A DNA stretch of 64,000 nt from an uncultured delta proteobacterium (GTDB lineage Bacteria; Myxococcota; Kuafuiibacteriia; Kuafuiibacteriales; Kuafuiibacteriaceae), in assembly GCA_963803435.1 (NCBI GenBank), contig CAWDML010000009.1, forward strand, positions 96,001 to 160,000, read 5' to 3'. The position numbers and the translations under genes were made by a program. Below the pieces are notes generated by a model, which made no database searches, was not told the origin of the DNA, and saw nothing but the letters and a program-made list of their open reading frames with translations. Positions 1-8,661 of the stretch are shown in pieces (position 1 is the first letter of the stretch; each line of letters opens with the position of its first letter).

Positions 1-1
1 C

Positions 2-751
2 TTCTGCGATTACGGTGAGCGTTGCCAGAACCTGAGCTGCGTGGAGGACCACCGGGGACCGTACTGCCGTGGCTGCTCGCAGCCTTCCCTGCAGAACCCG
101 ACGCCGTGCGATCAGCCGCGCAACTTCTGCCTGGTGAACAGCCTGGAGGCCGCGGGCCATGCGGAGATCTGCGGCGTCGACTGCTCGCTCGGCCAATCCT
201 GTCCGAACGGCTACGCCTGCCACGACGTCGTCATCCTGACCCGTCAGGTCTGCCACAACACAGCCGAGTGTCAGTGCAGCCAGAGCCCGGCCTTCGCCGG
301 AAGCTGCAGCGTCGCGCTCCCCTGTCAGCCGGAGGTGGGCTCGACCTTCTGTCGCTACGACGGTCACCCGGACTGCGGGGAGAACGCGGCCTGTCTGGTC
401 GCCACCGGCACCACCTCCGGATCCTGCACCTGCGCCAGCGACGACGACTGCGGCGGCGGTGCCACCTGCGTCGCCCAGCTCTGCTGTCCTGCCACCGCCG
501 AGGTCCGGATCGATCGCGAGTGCGCGATCGGAGAGAACCGGGTCTCCGGTTTCTGCACCTGTGCGACCGACGACGATTGCCCGCGCGACTCTTGCGACGG
601 CTCCAGCGGAACCTGTGCCATCACCGGCCTGCCGTGCACTCCGGGCGCGAACGACTGCGGCCCGATCTCCTGCGTCGAAGGCGGGTGCATCATCGGGCAG
701 AATTGTGCCCCCGAGCAGGGTCTGACCTGTACGGTGGTCGGGGGAAGATGA
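2..751 (+). CDS. Cys-rich repeat protein, 5' truncated by the window edge; paralog of 3297..4478
   Basis: Frame is open from base 2 (FCDYGERCQNLSC...). Very Cys-rich. Shares RNFCLVNS, CGVxC...CPNGYxC..VV.LT...C, GFC.C..D.DC and C..GGC..G..CAP..GL.C with the 3297..4478 protein. Confidence 0.85.
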   Translation, partial: FCDYGERCQNLSCVEDHRGPYCRGCSQPSLQNPTPCDQPRNFCLVNSLEAAGHAEICGVDCSLGQSCPNGYACHDVVILTRQVCHNTAECQCSQSPAFAGSCSVALPCQPEVGSTFCRYDGHPDCGENAACLVATGTTSGSCTCASDDDCGGGATCVAQLCCPATAEVRIDRECAIGENRVSGFCTCATDDDCPRDSCDGSSGTCAITGLPCTPGANDCGPISCVEGGCIIGQNCAPEQGLTCTVVGGR

Positions 752-1245
752 GCGCTGGCGCCGAGGACGACCTCACACGCGTTGAACGGATCCGCCGGCG
801 GCGATCGGTCCAGGCGGCCAACGCGGCCCTCACCGCCATCGTGTCGGTTCAGCTCGCCTTCGCTGCGTTTGCGATCGGGCACGCCCTCGGCCCCGCGCCC
901 ATGCGGCGCATCGAGCTGGTCGCAGGGATCGCGTTATCCTTCCTGCTCGGGATCGCCCTGTCGGTGCCGTTCGTGCGGAGGCGCCTCGAGGCGGGCGCGC
1001 ACCTCAAGGTAGACGTGACGGAAGGGCGCCATCGGAGGAGGGTGCTGGTCTTCGACGATCACTTGGTACTCGATCAAGAGGTGGTGATGTTCGAGCAGCT
1101 GACGTCGGTGGCGCTCGAGGGCAGCCGCCTCGTGGTCAAGTACGAGGACCCGATCCACGGCGGCCCCATGCTCCGCGAGCTAGAGGGATCGATCCCGAGG
1201 CTCGTGCAGCTCGAGGCGGGGATCCAGGAGAGGGGCTCCTCATGA
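748..1245 (+). CDS. Small membrane protein with two TM segments, hypothetical
   Basis: ATG at 748 overlaps the upstream stop (ATGA). Reads MSAGAEDDLTR..., then two hydrophobic segments and a short soluble domain. Confidence 0.7.
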   Translation: MSAGAEDDLTRVERIRRRRSVQAANAALTAIVSVQLAFAAFAIGHALGPAPMRRIELVAGIALSFLLGIALSVPFVRRRLEAGAHLKVDVTEGRHRRRVLVFDDHLVLDQEVVMFEQLTSVALEGSRLVVKYEDPIHGGPMLRELEGSIPRLVQLEAGIQERGSS

Positions 1246-2394
1246 AGTGGGTCTCCGCGATTCTCGGACGAACCCAACCACAAGAGCGCGGTCGAGGCCG
1301 CGGTCGAGTCGGTGAAAGAGGTCGTCCCGGATCCGGATTTGGTGCTCCTGTTCGTCTCGCCGCACTTCGCCTCCTCGTTCGACGGAGTGCTCGAGGGCGT
1401 GCGCGAGGCATTCCCCGACGCCGCGCTGATCGGCTGCTCCGGCGGCGGCATCATCGGCAACGGAGTCGAGGTCGAGTCCAACCCGGCGGTCTCCATCACG
1501 GCCGCCGTGCTCCCCGGCGTGAACTTGGTCCTGAGGCACCTCGATGAGCCGGAGGAGAGCGCCGAGGACTGGTATGAGCTCCTCGAGATGCAGCCGGAGG
1601 AGAAGCCGATCTTCATCCTGCTCCCGGATCCGTTCACCTTTCCCGCGGACGATCTGATCGCAGGGCTCGACGAGGCGTTCCCAGGATCGATCAAGATCGG
1701 CGGGCTCGCCAGCGGCGGCACGTTTCCCGGCGCGCACGGGCTCTTCCTCGACGACGATCTCCACCACACCGGCGCCGTGTTGCTCGCGCTGACGGGCAAC
1801 GTCGAGGTGGACACGATCATCGCGCAGGGATGCCGGCCCATCGGACAGCCCATGCTGATCACGCGCTGCGAGGGCAACGTGGTGTTCGAGCTGAGCAGCC
1901 GGCCCGCTCTCGAGACCATGAAGTCGCTGTACGGCTCGCTCGAGGAGGAAGATCGCGAGCTCTTCGGAAACTCGCTGTTCGTCGGGATCGAGATGAAGGA
2001 TCAGGTCGAGTACCACGCAGGTGACTTCCTGGTGCGCAACATCGTCGGCTTCGATCCCAAGAGCGGCGCCCTCGCGATCGCCGCCGAGCCCAAACAGTGG
2101 CAGGCGATGCAGTTTCACCTGCGGGACGCGCGCACCTCCCGCGACGACCTCGGGCGCATGCTCGGGCGTTATGACGGCAGGGAGGCCAGCGGCGCGCTCC
2201 TGTTCTCCTGCCTGGGGCGGGGCGTCGGGTTGTACGGCGAGCGGAGCCACGACTCCCGGCAGTTCCGGGCCCGCATCGGCGACGTCCCGCTCGGCGGCTT
2301 CTTCTGCAGCGGTGAGATCGGACCGATCGGCGGCACGACCTTCCTGCACGGGTACACCAGCGCGTTCGCGGTGTTTCGACCGAAGGCCTCGTGA
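1242..2394 (+). CDS. FIST N/C domain signal-transduction protein, frameshift near 1261
   Basis: MKWVSA at 1242 continues after one extra base as SDEPNHKSAVEAAVESVKEVVPDPDLVLLFVSPHF. Motifs LIGCSGGGIIG, GGLASGG, QGCRPIG, LLFSCLGRG and GFFCSGEIGP...FLHGYT. Confidence 0.9.
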
Positions 2395-2401
2395 CGATCG
2401 C

Positions 2402-3052
2402 TCAGTGCAGCTGCGCCGCCGTCACCGTGCTGGTGCGGGGCGCCTGGTCGTAGGCCCAGATCTTCAGGTTGTCGAACCGGACCTTGTTCTGCCAGTTCCC
2501 GAAGGCCAGCCGATCGTGGCCGGGCCCGTCCAGCGGCGAGGCGTCCTCGAACTCGAGGTACGGCTGCCCGTCGATCAGCCAGGCCAGGTGTCCGCCCTTC
2601 TTCTCGATCCGCCACCGGTACCACTTGTTGCCGTTCACACCGGTGGGCTGGTGGACCTTCCGGTCCCTCCCATGCTCGTCGAGCCGCGCGATGCACGACA
2701 GCGAGTTGCTCCATCCGCCGAGGATGAAGATGTAGCCCGACTCGTGCCGGCGCCCGTCGGTCATCAGCTCGACCTTGGAGTCGACCTCGCCGGTCTCGCT
2801 CATGACGTCGACCTCCACCACCACGTCCTTCGGGAGATCCACGTTGAGGAACAGCGGGATGTTGATGGCGTAGATCGAGTAGACCGAGCCCCGGTCGATG
2901 ATCCAGTCGCCGCCGAACCGCGCGTAGTTGTCGCCCAGCGTGGCCCGGTCGAAGTCGTCCGAGAACGGGACCTGGGCCGTGGCCCTGGTGGGATCAGCGG
3001 TGCAGGCGAGACAGGCGAGGCAGGGCAGGCAGAGCAGAAGGGCGGCTCTCAT
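2402..3052 (-). CDS. Lipoprotein with a concanavalin/LamG-like (DUF1080-like) beta-sandwich
   Basis: Signal peptide ending in LAC. FSDDFDR start, W.R.RIE...G.L..LIDG and VRFDNLKI. Confidence 0.7.
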   Translation of the reverse strand: MRAALLLCLPCLACLACTADPTRATAQVPFSDDFDRATLGDNYARFGGDWIIDRGSVYSIYAINIPLFLNVDLPKDVVVEVDVMSETGEVDSKVELMTDGRRHESGYIFILGGWSNSLSCIARLDEHGRDRKVHQPTGVNGNKWYRWRIEKKGGHLAWLIDGQPYLEFEDASPLDGPGHDRLAFGNWQNKVRFDNLKIWAYDQAPRTSTVTAAQLH

Positions 3053-3090
3053 CGCGCTCGAACCGTTACCATGATGGGCCCGCTTAGCGA

Positions 3091-3291
3091 CAATGCCGTT
3101 TACCTAGAGATCCTCCGCCGACAGGCAAGGGCCAAAGGCCCGCGCAGTGAGCCGGAGGCGAACGTCGGGTCACAAGGCGAACTTGCTTCGCCGTTAAGTG
3201 ACCAGGCAAGGGCCAAAGGCCCGCGCAGTGAGCCGGAGGCGAACGTCGGGTCACAAGGCGAACTTGCTTCGCCGTTAAGTGACCAGTATTG
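3091..3291. mobile_element. IS4-like MITE (about 201 bp) with a 12-bp target-site duplication
   Basis: Flanked by direct repeats CCCGCTTAGCGA (3079-3090 and 3292-3303). Imperfect inverted ends CAATGCCGTTTACCTA and CAATACTGGTCACTTA (reverse complement of the right end). No transposase. Confidence 0.7.
3122..3283. repeat. Two perfect 81-bp tandem direct repeats with internal hairpins
   Basis: Unit CAGGCAAGGGCCAAAGGCCC...GGTCACAAGGCGAACTTGCTTCGCCGTTAAGTGAC at 3122-3202 and 3203-3283. Confidence 0.97.
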
Positions 3292-3296
3292 CCCGC

Positions 3297-4478
3297 TTAG
3301 CGAACGTCGGTGCAGAGGAGGCCCTCGTCGGGGGCGCAGGCGGCGCCGAGGAGGCATCCGCCGTTGACGCAGGGCGGGTTGCACTCGGAACCGGTCTGAC
3401 AAGGACGGCCCGTGTTGATGCACGATCCGCCGAGGCAGAGGCAGTCCGCGCCGCTGCCGCAGGAGCTGCCGTCGGTGATGCACCTGTTCTGCTGACAGAG
3501 CGGGAGCGGCTGGCACTCGCTGTCGTTCGTGCAGGCGCGGCCCGCCGGGTTCTGGCAGGTGAACTGGCACGTGGTGAGGCACTCGCCGTCCGTGGTGCAG
3601 GGCGTGATGCCGAGGCCGCCGCAGCTGCCGAGGCAGGTGGGCGGGACGTTCTCGAACGCGCAGTCCTGATCGTCGACGCAGGAGCAGAAGCCGCGAAGGT
3701 CGCCCTCGCCGAGGAAGCAGCGGCGGCCCTCGCCGCCGCACTCGGAGTCGTTGACGCATTGATCCTGCGTCAGCAGCACCACCCCGCCGCAGTTGTACCC
3801 GTTCGGGCAGGCCGTCTCGACCTGGGGGTCGCACTCGACGCCGCAGAAGGTCTGGTAGCTCGAGCGCGGGTTCTGCGGATCGTAGGCCGAGTTGACCAGG
3901 CAGAAGTTCCGCCCACCGTCCCCGCAGTCCTGGTTGCCGTTGCAGTCGAGCGAGCAGAAGTTCGGGTCGGGATCGACGCTGCACGCGTTGCCCACGCAGT
4001 CGCTCCCGAAGTCGCAGAAGCTCTTGTCGTCACACTTACCGGCCAGGCACGAACCCAAGGTCGTGGGCGTGCCGCCCTGACAGATCGTGTACAGCGGACA
4101 GTCGCCCGTGTCGTGGCAGCCGTCGACGCAGCGGTTGCCCTCGCAGACCGTCCCCGGAAGGCAGTGGACGTCGCTGCCGCAGGCGGTTCGATCGATGCAC
4201 GCGCCCGTTCCGACGTCGCAGAACTTGGCGGCCTCGCAGTCGGCGTTGCTCCGGCAGCCCGCCCGCTTCTGACAGATGCCCTGCGAGTTGCACACCTCGC
4301 CCGGGTCGCAGGCCTCGTCGCTCCGGCACACGCAGATTCCGGTCCCGCTGCTCTGGCTGATCTTGCAGGCGGATCCCACCGGGCACTCGCCGTTCTTCTG
4401 GCACTCGCCGGTGAACCTGCCGGTGTCCGTACAACCGAGCAGGACCAAGAGCGCGAGGGGCAGGGACTTGGGGGACAC
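3297..4478 (-). CDS. Cys-rich repeat lipoprotein
   Basis: Lipobox LLGC. Repeated C-x4/5-C-x5-C units (CRSDEAC, CRSNADC, CGSDVHC). Lies directly downstream of the VWA lipoprotein. Confidence 0.9.
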   Translation of the reverse strand: MSPKSLPLALLVLLGCTDTGRFTGECQKNGECPVGSACKISQSSGTGICVCRSDEACDPGEVCNSQGICQKRAGCRSNADCEAAKFCDVGTGACIDRTACGSDVHCLPGTVCEGNRCVDGCHDTGDCPLYTICQGGTPTTLGSCLAGKCDDKSFCDFGSDCVGNACSVDPDPNFCSLDCNGNQDCGDGGRNFCLVNSAYDPQNPRSSYQTFCGVECDPQVETACPNGYNCGGVVLLTQDQCVNDSECGGEGRRCFLGEGDLRGFCSCVDDQDCAFENVPPTCLGSCGGLGITPCTTDGECLTTCQFTCQNPAGRACTNDSECQPLPLCQQNRCITDGSSCGSGADCLCLGGSCINTGRPCQTGSECNPPCVNGGCLLGAACAPDEGLLCTDVR

Positions 4479-4487
4479 GCGGAGCTC

Positions 4488-6038
4488 CTACTGGAGGTTG
4501 GCGTCGCAGGCGAGGGCCATGTCCCCGGGCGCGCGGGTATAGGCCACGCTGATGGTGGCGTCCGTGGGGGGCACGTAGGTGCCGTCGAAGAAGATGGCGT
4601 TGGCGCTGCCGTCGTAGACCCAGCCGGTGCCGCGGTCGTTCGGGATGGCCGCGCCGTTCACGCGGACGCAGACGGAGGCCTCGGTGTCGCACTGATCGTC
4701 GGCCACGCCCGCGGCGCAGCACGGGATCTTCTGCGCACAGTCCGGGTACTTCGTCAGGGCGAACTTCCGCGCCAGCCCGGCTGCCTCGAAGCCGAGCGAT
4801 CCGAGGACGGTGCCGTAGTCCGGCTCGCAGATCGATCCGAAGACGCCCGTGTCTCCCAGGAGCTGGAGGAACCGATCGGCGGGCAGCGCGCAGGTGGTGT
4901 TCTCGCAGGTGATGCAGCCGGCGTCGCCGCACTTGAAGTTGCCGCAGTCCTGGTCGACCTGGCAGGTCTTGGGCACGCAGATGCCGGGAAGGTCGGGGAC
5001 GGACGTCTTGCAGTCCTCATCGCTCGGGCACTTGAGCCTGGCCGTGTCGCAGACGCGGAACTCGGCGGAGAGGCCGCGCGAGTACATCGATAGGGCCACG
5101 TAGCGAGTGCCGGGGGCGGCGCTCGGATCGGCCGGCGCGGCCGGACATCCGCCGCGGTTCGGGCCCATCGCACCGTCGAGATCGGGATCGCCGACGATGG
5201 CGCTCACCGAGACCACGCCCTCGTTGCCGGCGCCCTTGAGGGTCTCGAAGGCGCGATAGAAGTAGCTGATCTCGCCGAACGAGTTGTCGTCCTCGTCCGA
5301 GACGAAGATCAGGAACAGCGAGGCGTCGGGGCGGATGAAGCCGCTGTTGTCCGGCGGAGGCGCCTTCCAGGTGCCGCTCGTCCGATCCGTGTCGCGTCCG
5401 AGGGCCTGGGCCGCCGCCTGGATCCCGGACTCGCGACCGGAGCCGGCAATCCCCACGCGGACGGCCCGCGAGAACGCGGCGCTCGCGCCGTCGGTGGTGG
5501 CGGTGACGTACGAGAGCGACTGCCCCATGTCGCAGAACGAGTTGGTGGCTTCGCTGTTCGGGTCGTTCGGATCGACGGCGCACTCCTGGTTGTTGCTCAG
5601 GCAGTAGCGATACTTGCCGGCGTTGGGCGACGCGCCCGCCGAGGGGACGCACAGCCCGACGCGGCGGAGCTTGCCCTGATCGAAGCTGTTGAAGATGTCC
5701 GTCGAGATCACGCCGATGTGATAGTCGGGCGGGTTGCACGGTCCGCCGGAGACCAGGCAGGTCTTCGTGGTGAAGTCGCAGACGTCGTTGGCGACGCCGG
5801 TGCCCTGGCAGGTGGTCAGGCCGGTGATGAACCGGTCGAAGTTCTGCGCGAGCGAGGCCTGCTCCTGGACCATCGACTCCGAGTTGTCGACGACCCAGAG
5901 GATGTCGACCAGCGCGGCCGGCTTCTGCTGGAGCTCGTCGACCTGGACCGGCGGATCCGGGACGTGGACCAGCCCGGTGTCATCGTTGCAGGCGCCGGCG
6001 AACAACAGGATGGTGGAGGCAAACCATCGGCTTCGCAT
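4488..6038 (-). CDS. Myxobacterial VWA-domain lipoprotein with Cys-rich inserts (CglB-like family)
   Basis: Lipobox AGAC. MIDAS-like DILWVVDNSESM, YHIGVISTD, G.GRESG and FIRPDASLFLIFVSDEDD. C-terminal W.YD...NAI.F.....P...A.I.V.Y module. Confidence 0.85.
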   Translation of the reverse strand: MRSRWFASTILLFAGACNDDTGLVHVPDPPVQVDELQQKPAALVDILWVVDNSESMVQEQASLAQNFDRFITGLTTCQGTGVANDVCDFTTKTCLVSGGPCNPPDYHIGVISTDIFNSFDQGKLRRVGLCVPSAGASPNAGKYRYCLSNNQECAVDPNDPNSEATNSFCDMGQSLSYVTATTDGASAAFSRAVRVGIAGSGRESGIQAAAQALGRDTDRTSGTWKAPPPDNSGFIRPDASLFLIFVSDEDDNSFGEISYFYRAFETLKGAGNEGVVSVSAIVGDPDLDGAMGPNRGGCPAAPADPSAAPGTRYVALSMYSRGLSAEFRVCDTARLKCPSDEDCKTSVPDLPGICVPKTCQVDQDCGNFKCGDAGCITCENTTCALPADRFLQLLGDTGVFGSICEPDYGTVLGSLGFEAAGLARKFALTKYPDCAQKIPCCAAGVADDQCDTEASVCVRVNGAAIPNDRGTGWVYDGSANAIFFDGTYVPPTDATISVAYTRAPGDMALACDANLQ

Positions 6039-6145
6039 GATCTTCCCTATACTCCGTGTCGGAGGCCCGTGGCGTCACTTATCGAACCGCCGTTAGGCTG
6101 TCCATAGGTTGACTGACTTGGGGGAACTGGTTACCCGGCCACCAC

Positions 6146-7936
6146 GTGACGTCCGACCCCAGCTCCACCCCACCCCCTGAGCCCGTCCGCTTCGCCGACA
6201 TGGCGCTGTCGCCCGAGGCCAAGGCCGGCATCGACGCGCTCGGATACGAGCTGGCCACGCCGGTGCAAGCGGCGACGTTCGGCCCTGCGATGACCGGCGC
6301 GGATCTGATGGTCCAATCGAAGACCGGCACCGGCAAGACCACAGCGTTCGGTCTCCCGCTCGTCGAGCGGATCAACCTCGACGCCAACCGCGTCGATCCC
6401 CAAGCCCTGGTGTTGTGCCCGACCCGCGAGCTCGCGATGCAGGTGGCGGAGGAGCTGGCGGAGCTCGGGGATCCGAAGGGCGTGCGCGTGCTTCCGATCT
6501 ACGGTGGCGCACCGATGGGGCCGCAGCTCAAGAGCCTGAAGGCGGGCTGCGACGTGGTGGTGGGAACACCGGGGCGGGTGCTCGATCACATCCGGCGCCG
6601 AACGTTGCGCCTGGTCCACACGCACATCGCGGTGCTCGACGAGGCCGACGAGATGTTGTCGATGGGCTTCTGGGACGAGGTCACCGCCATCCTCGATCAG
6701 CTGCCGGCGCGACGACAGACGTTCCTCTTCTCCGCGACGCTCCCCGACGAGATCCGCAAGACCGCGCAGGCGTACATGCACGACCCGCAGTCGATCGACA
6801 TCTCGCGCGACGAGCTGACGGTCGAGGGGATCGAGAACATCGCGTACGAGTACGACGACCGCTGGCCCAAGCCGCGAAACCTCCTCTACATCCTCGAGGT
6901 CGAGCGCCCCGAGAACGCGATCATCTTCTGCAACACGCGTGATGACGCCTCGGTGGTGGCCGCGTTTCTCCGGCGCCAGGGCCTTCACGCGCTGGCGCTC
7001 TCGGGCGAGCTCGCCCAGAAGGATCGCGAGCGGATCATGCGGCGCATGAAGCTCGGTGAGCTCCAGTACCTGGTGGCGACCGACATCGCCGCCCGCGGCA
7101 TCGACATCAGCGATCTCTCCCACGTGATCCTCTACTCGCTCCCCGAGTTCACCGAGGTCTATCTGCACCGCGTCGGCCGTACCGGACGCATCGGCAAGAA
7201 GGGCACGGCGGTCTCGCTGGTCACCGGCAAGGACGAGATCACGTTCAGCGCGCTGCGGCGGCAGTTCGGGATCATGTTCGAGAAGCGCGCGCTGCCGCCG
7301 ATCGAGGAGATCGAGAAGCTGCAGGCCGAGCGGGTCGCGGGCGAGCTGATCATCGAAGCGCGCGAGGTCGAGATCACGGCGTTCATGCCCCTCGCAGAGG
7401 CGCTCAGGGCGCGCGAGGGCGGCAGCTCCGTGATCGCCTATCTGCTCAAGCGTCACTTCTCGATGCTCGAGGAGGAGCGGCGCGCTGTTCCCGCCGCCAT
7501 CGGCGAGGAAGAGGAGAAGAAGAAGAAGAAGAAGAAGCGGCGCTGGGAGGAAGAGGCGAGCGCAGAGCCGGCCGCGCCCGCCGCCCCGGCCGGCGACGAG
7601 GAGCCGGAGGATTGGAAGAAGCGGCGCCGCCGCAGCAAGAAGCGCTTCGACAGCGTCACCGAGAGCGCGCCCACCACCGTGTCCGACGATATGGTGCGGC
7701 TCTTCGTGAACCGCGGCAGCACGGACTCCTACGGCGAGCACGACGTCCGCCGCCTGGTCCTGGAGGCCGCCGGCAGCCAGGATCTCGAGGCGGTGTACCG
7801 GGTCCAGCTCCGCCGCACGCACGCGTTCATCGAGGCCCGCGCGGACGTGGCCGAGGCCGCCGTCCAGAGCGCGACCCGTGGGATGGAGCGAGAGGAGAAG
7901 CCCGTCACCATCGAACGGGCGAGGACGAGAGGATGA
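6146..7936 (+). CDS. DEAD-box RNA helicase with a C-terminal DbpA/CsdA-type RNA-binding domain
   Basis: Q motif TPVQ, SKTGTGKT, PTRELA, TPGR, DEAD, SAT, ARGID and HRVGRTGR. C-terminal RLFVNRG...F.E. Confidence 0.95.
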   Translation: MTSDPSSTPPPEPVRFADMALSPEAKAGIDALGYELATPVQAATFGPAMTGADLMVQSKTGTGKTTAFGLPLVERINLDANRVDPQALVLCPTRELAMQVAEELAELGDPKGVRVLPIYGGAPMGPQLKSLKAGCDVVVGTPGRVLDHIRRRTLRLVHTHIAVLDEADEMLSMGFWDEVTAILDQLPARRQTFLFSATLPDEIRKTAQAYMHDPQSIDISRDELTVEGIENIAYEYDDRWPKPRNLLYILEVERPENAIIFCNTRDDASVVAAFLRRQGLHALALSGELAQKDRERIMRRMKLGELQYLVATDIAARGIDISDLSHVILYSLPEFTEVYLHRVGRTGRIGKKGTAVSLVTGKDEITFSALRRQFGIMFEKRALPPIEEIEKLQAERVAGELIIEAREVEITAFMPLAEALRAREGGSSVIAYLLKRHFSMLEEERRAVPAAIGEEEEKKKKKKKRRWEEEASAEPAAPAAPAGDEEPEDWKKRRRRSKKRFDSVTESAPTTVSDDMVRLFVNRGSTDSYGEHDVRRLVLEAAGSQDLEAVYRVQLRRTHAFIEARADVAEAAVQSATRGMEREEKPVTIERARTRG

Positions 7937-8658
7937 GCGCTGCCCGCACCAAGAAGAAGGTGCCCACCCGCACCCGGCGGGGGGCCAAGGCGACCCGGCC
8001 GGGGCGGCGGATGCCGCAGACCGCGTCCACGCGCACCGAGGCGGCGATGGCGGAGCGCCTCGAGTCGCTGGAGCCGGGTACGAAACGCTACGAGGTCCTG
8101 TCGATCGCGATCGAGTTCAAGCGCTCCTGGATCCACCTGGCGCGGCACCTCACCGAGGTGCGCAACGAGGCGCTCTACAAGGAGTGGGGCTACCGCACGT
8201 TCGAGGCCTACGTGCAGCACGAGCTCTACATCCGCCGCGACACGGCCACCAAGCTGGTGCGCTCGTTCGACTTCCTCAGCTCGCATGAGCGGTCGACGCT
8301 GCGCGCGGCCGAGGACCTCGATCAAGACCACGCGATCGCCCCGCTCCCGAACTTCCAGGCGCTCGACATCCTGGCGGAGGCCCGCAACAACCCGAACCTG
8401 ACCGAGCGCGACTATAAGGAGATCCGCGACACCGTCTTCCGGGACGATCCAGCGCCGAGCGCGGTCCGCAAGCTGGTCCGGGAGCGCGCCCCCGAGCCGT
8501 CCACGGCGAAGGCCGGCGATCCGAGCGAGCGCCTGCGCCGCTGTCTCGGCCTGGCCGAGCGCCTGTACGGGATGCTGCTCGAGGAGGAGGTGGCCGACAA
8601 CATCTGTGAGCACGTCGAGAAGGCGGTCGGCGGGCTCCGCAAGCTCCTCGACGAGTGA
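7933..8658 (+). CDS. Hypothetical protein, possible DNA-binding HTH (DUF3102/ParB-C-like)
   Basis: ATGA overlap with the helicase stop. SWIHLARHLTEVRNEALYKEWGYRTFEAYV...L.IRRDTA.KL motif. Confidence 0.7.
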   Translation: MSAARTKKKVPTRTRRGAKATRPGRRMPQTASTRTEAAMAERLESLEPGTKRYEVLSIAIEFKRSWIHLARHLTEVRNEALYKEWGYRTFEAYVQHELYIRRDTATKLVRSFDFLSSHERSTLRAAEDLDQDHAIAPLPNFQALDILAEARNNPNLTERDYKEIRDTVFRDDPAPSAVRKLVRERAPEPSTAKAGDPSERLRRCLGLAERLYGMLLEEEVADNICEHVEKAVGGLRKLLDE

Positions 8659-8661
8659 GCC

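Noticed and set aside
3122-3283. 81-bp repeats as a CRISPR array
   Set aside because: There are only two identical abutting units, no unique spacers and no cas genes. A MITE explains them better.
4488-6038. Assigning the gene symbol cglB
   Set aside because: Myxobacteria carry many VWA lipoprotein paralogs, and orthology cannot be established by eye.
7514-7537. (AAG)n run in the helicase and (CCG)n run near 46722-46768 as contingency repeats
   Set aside because: They are in-frame trinucleotide runs encoding poly-Lys and poly-Pro linkers, so length changes would not switch expression.
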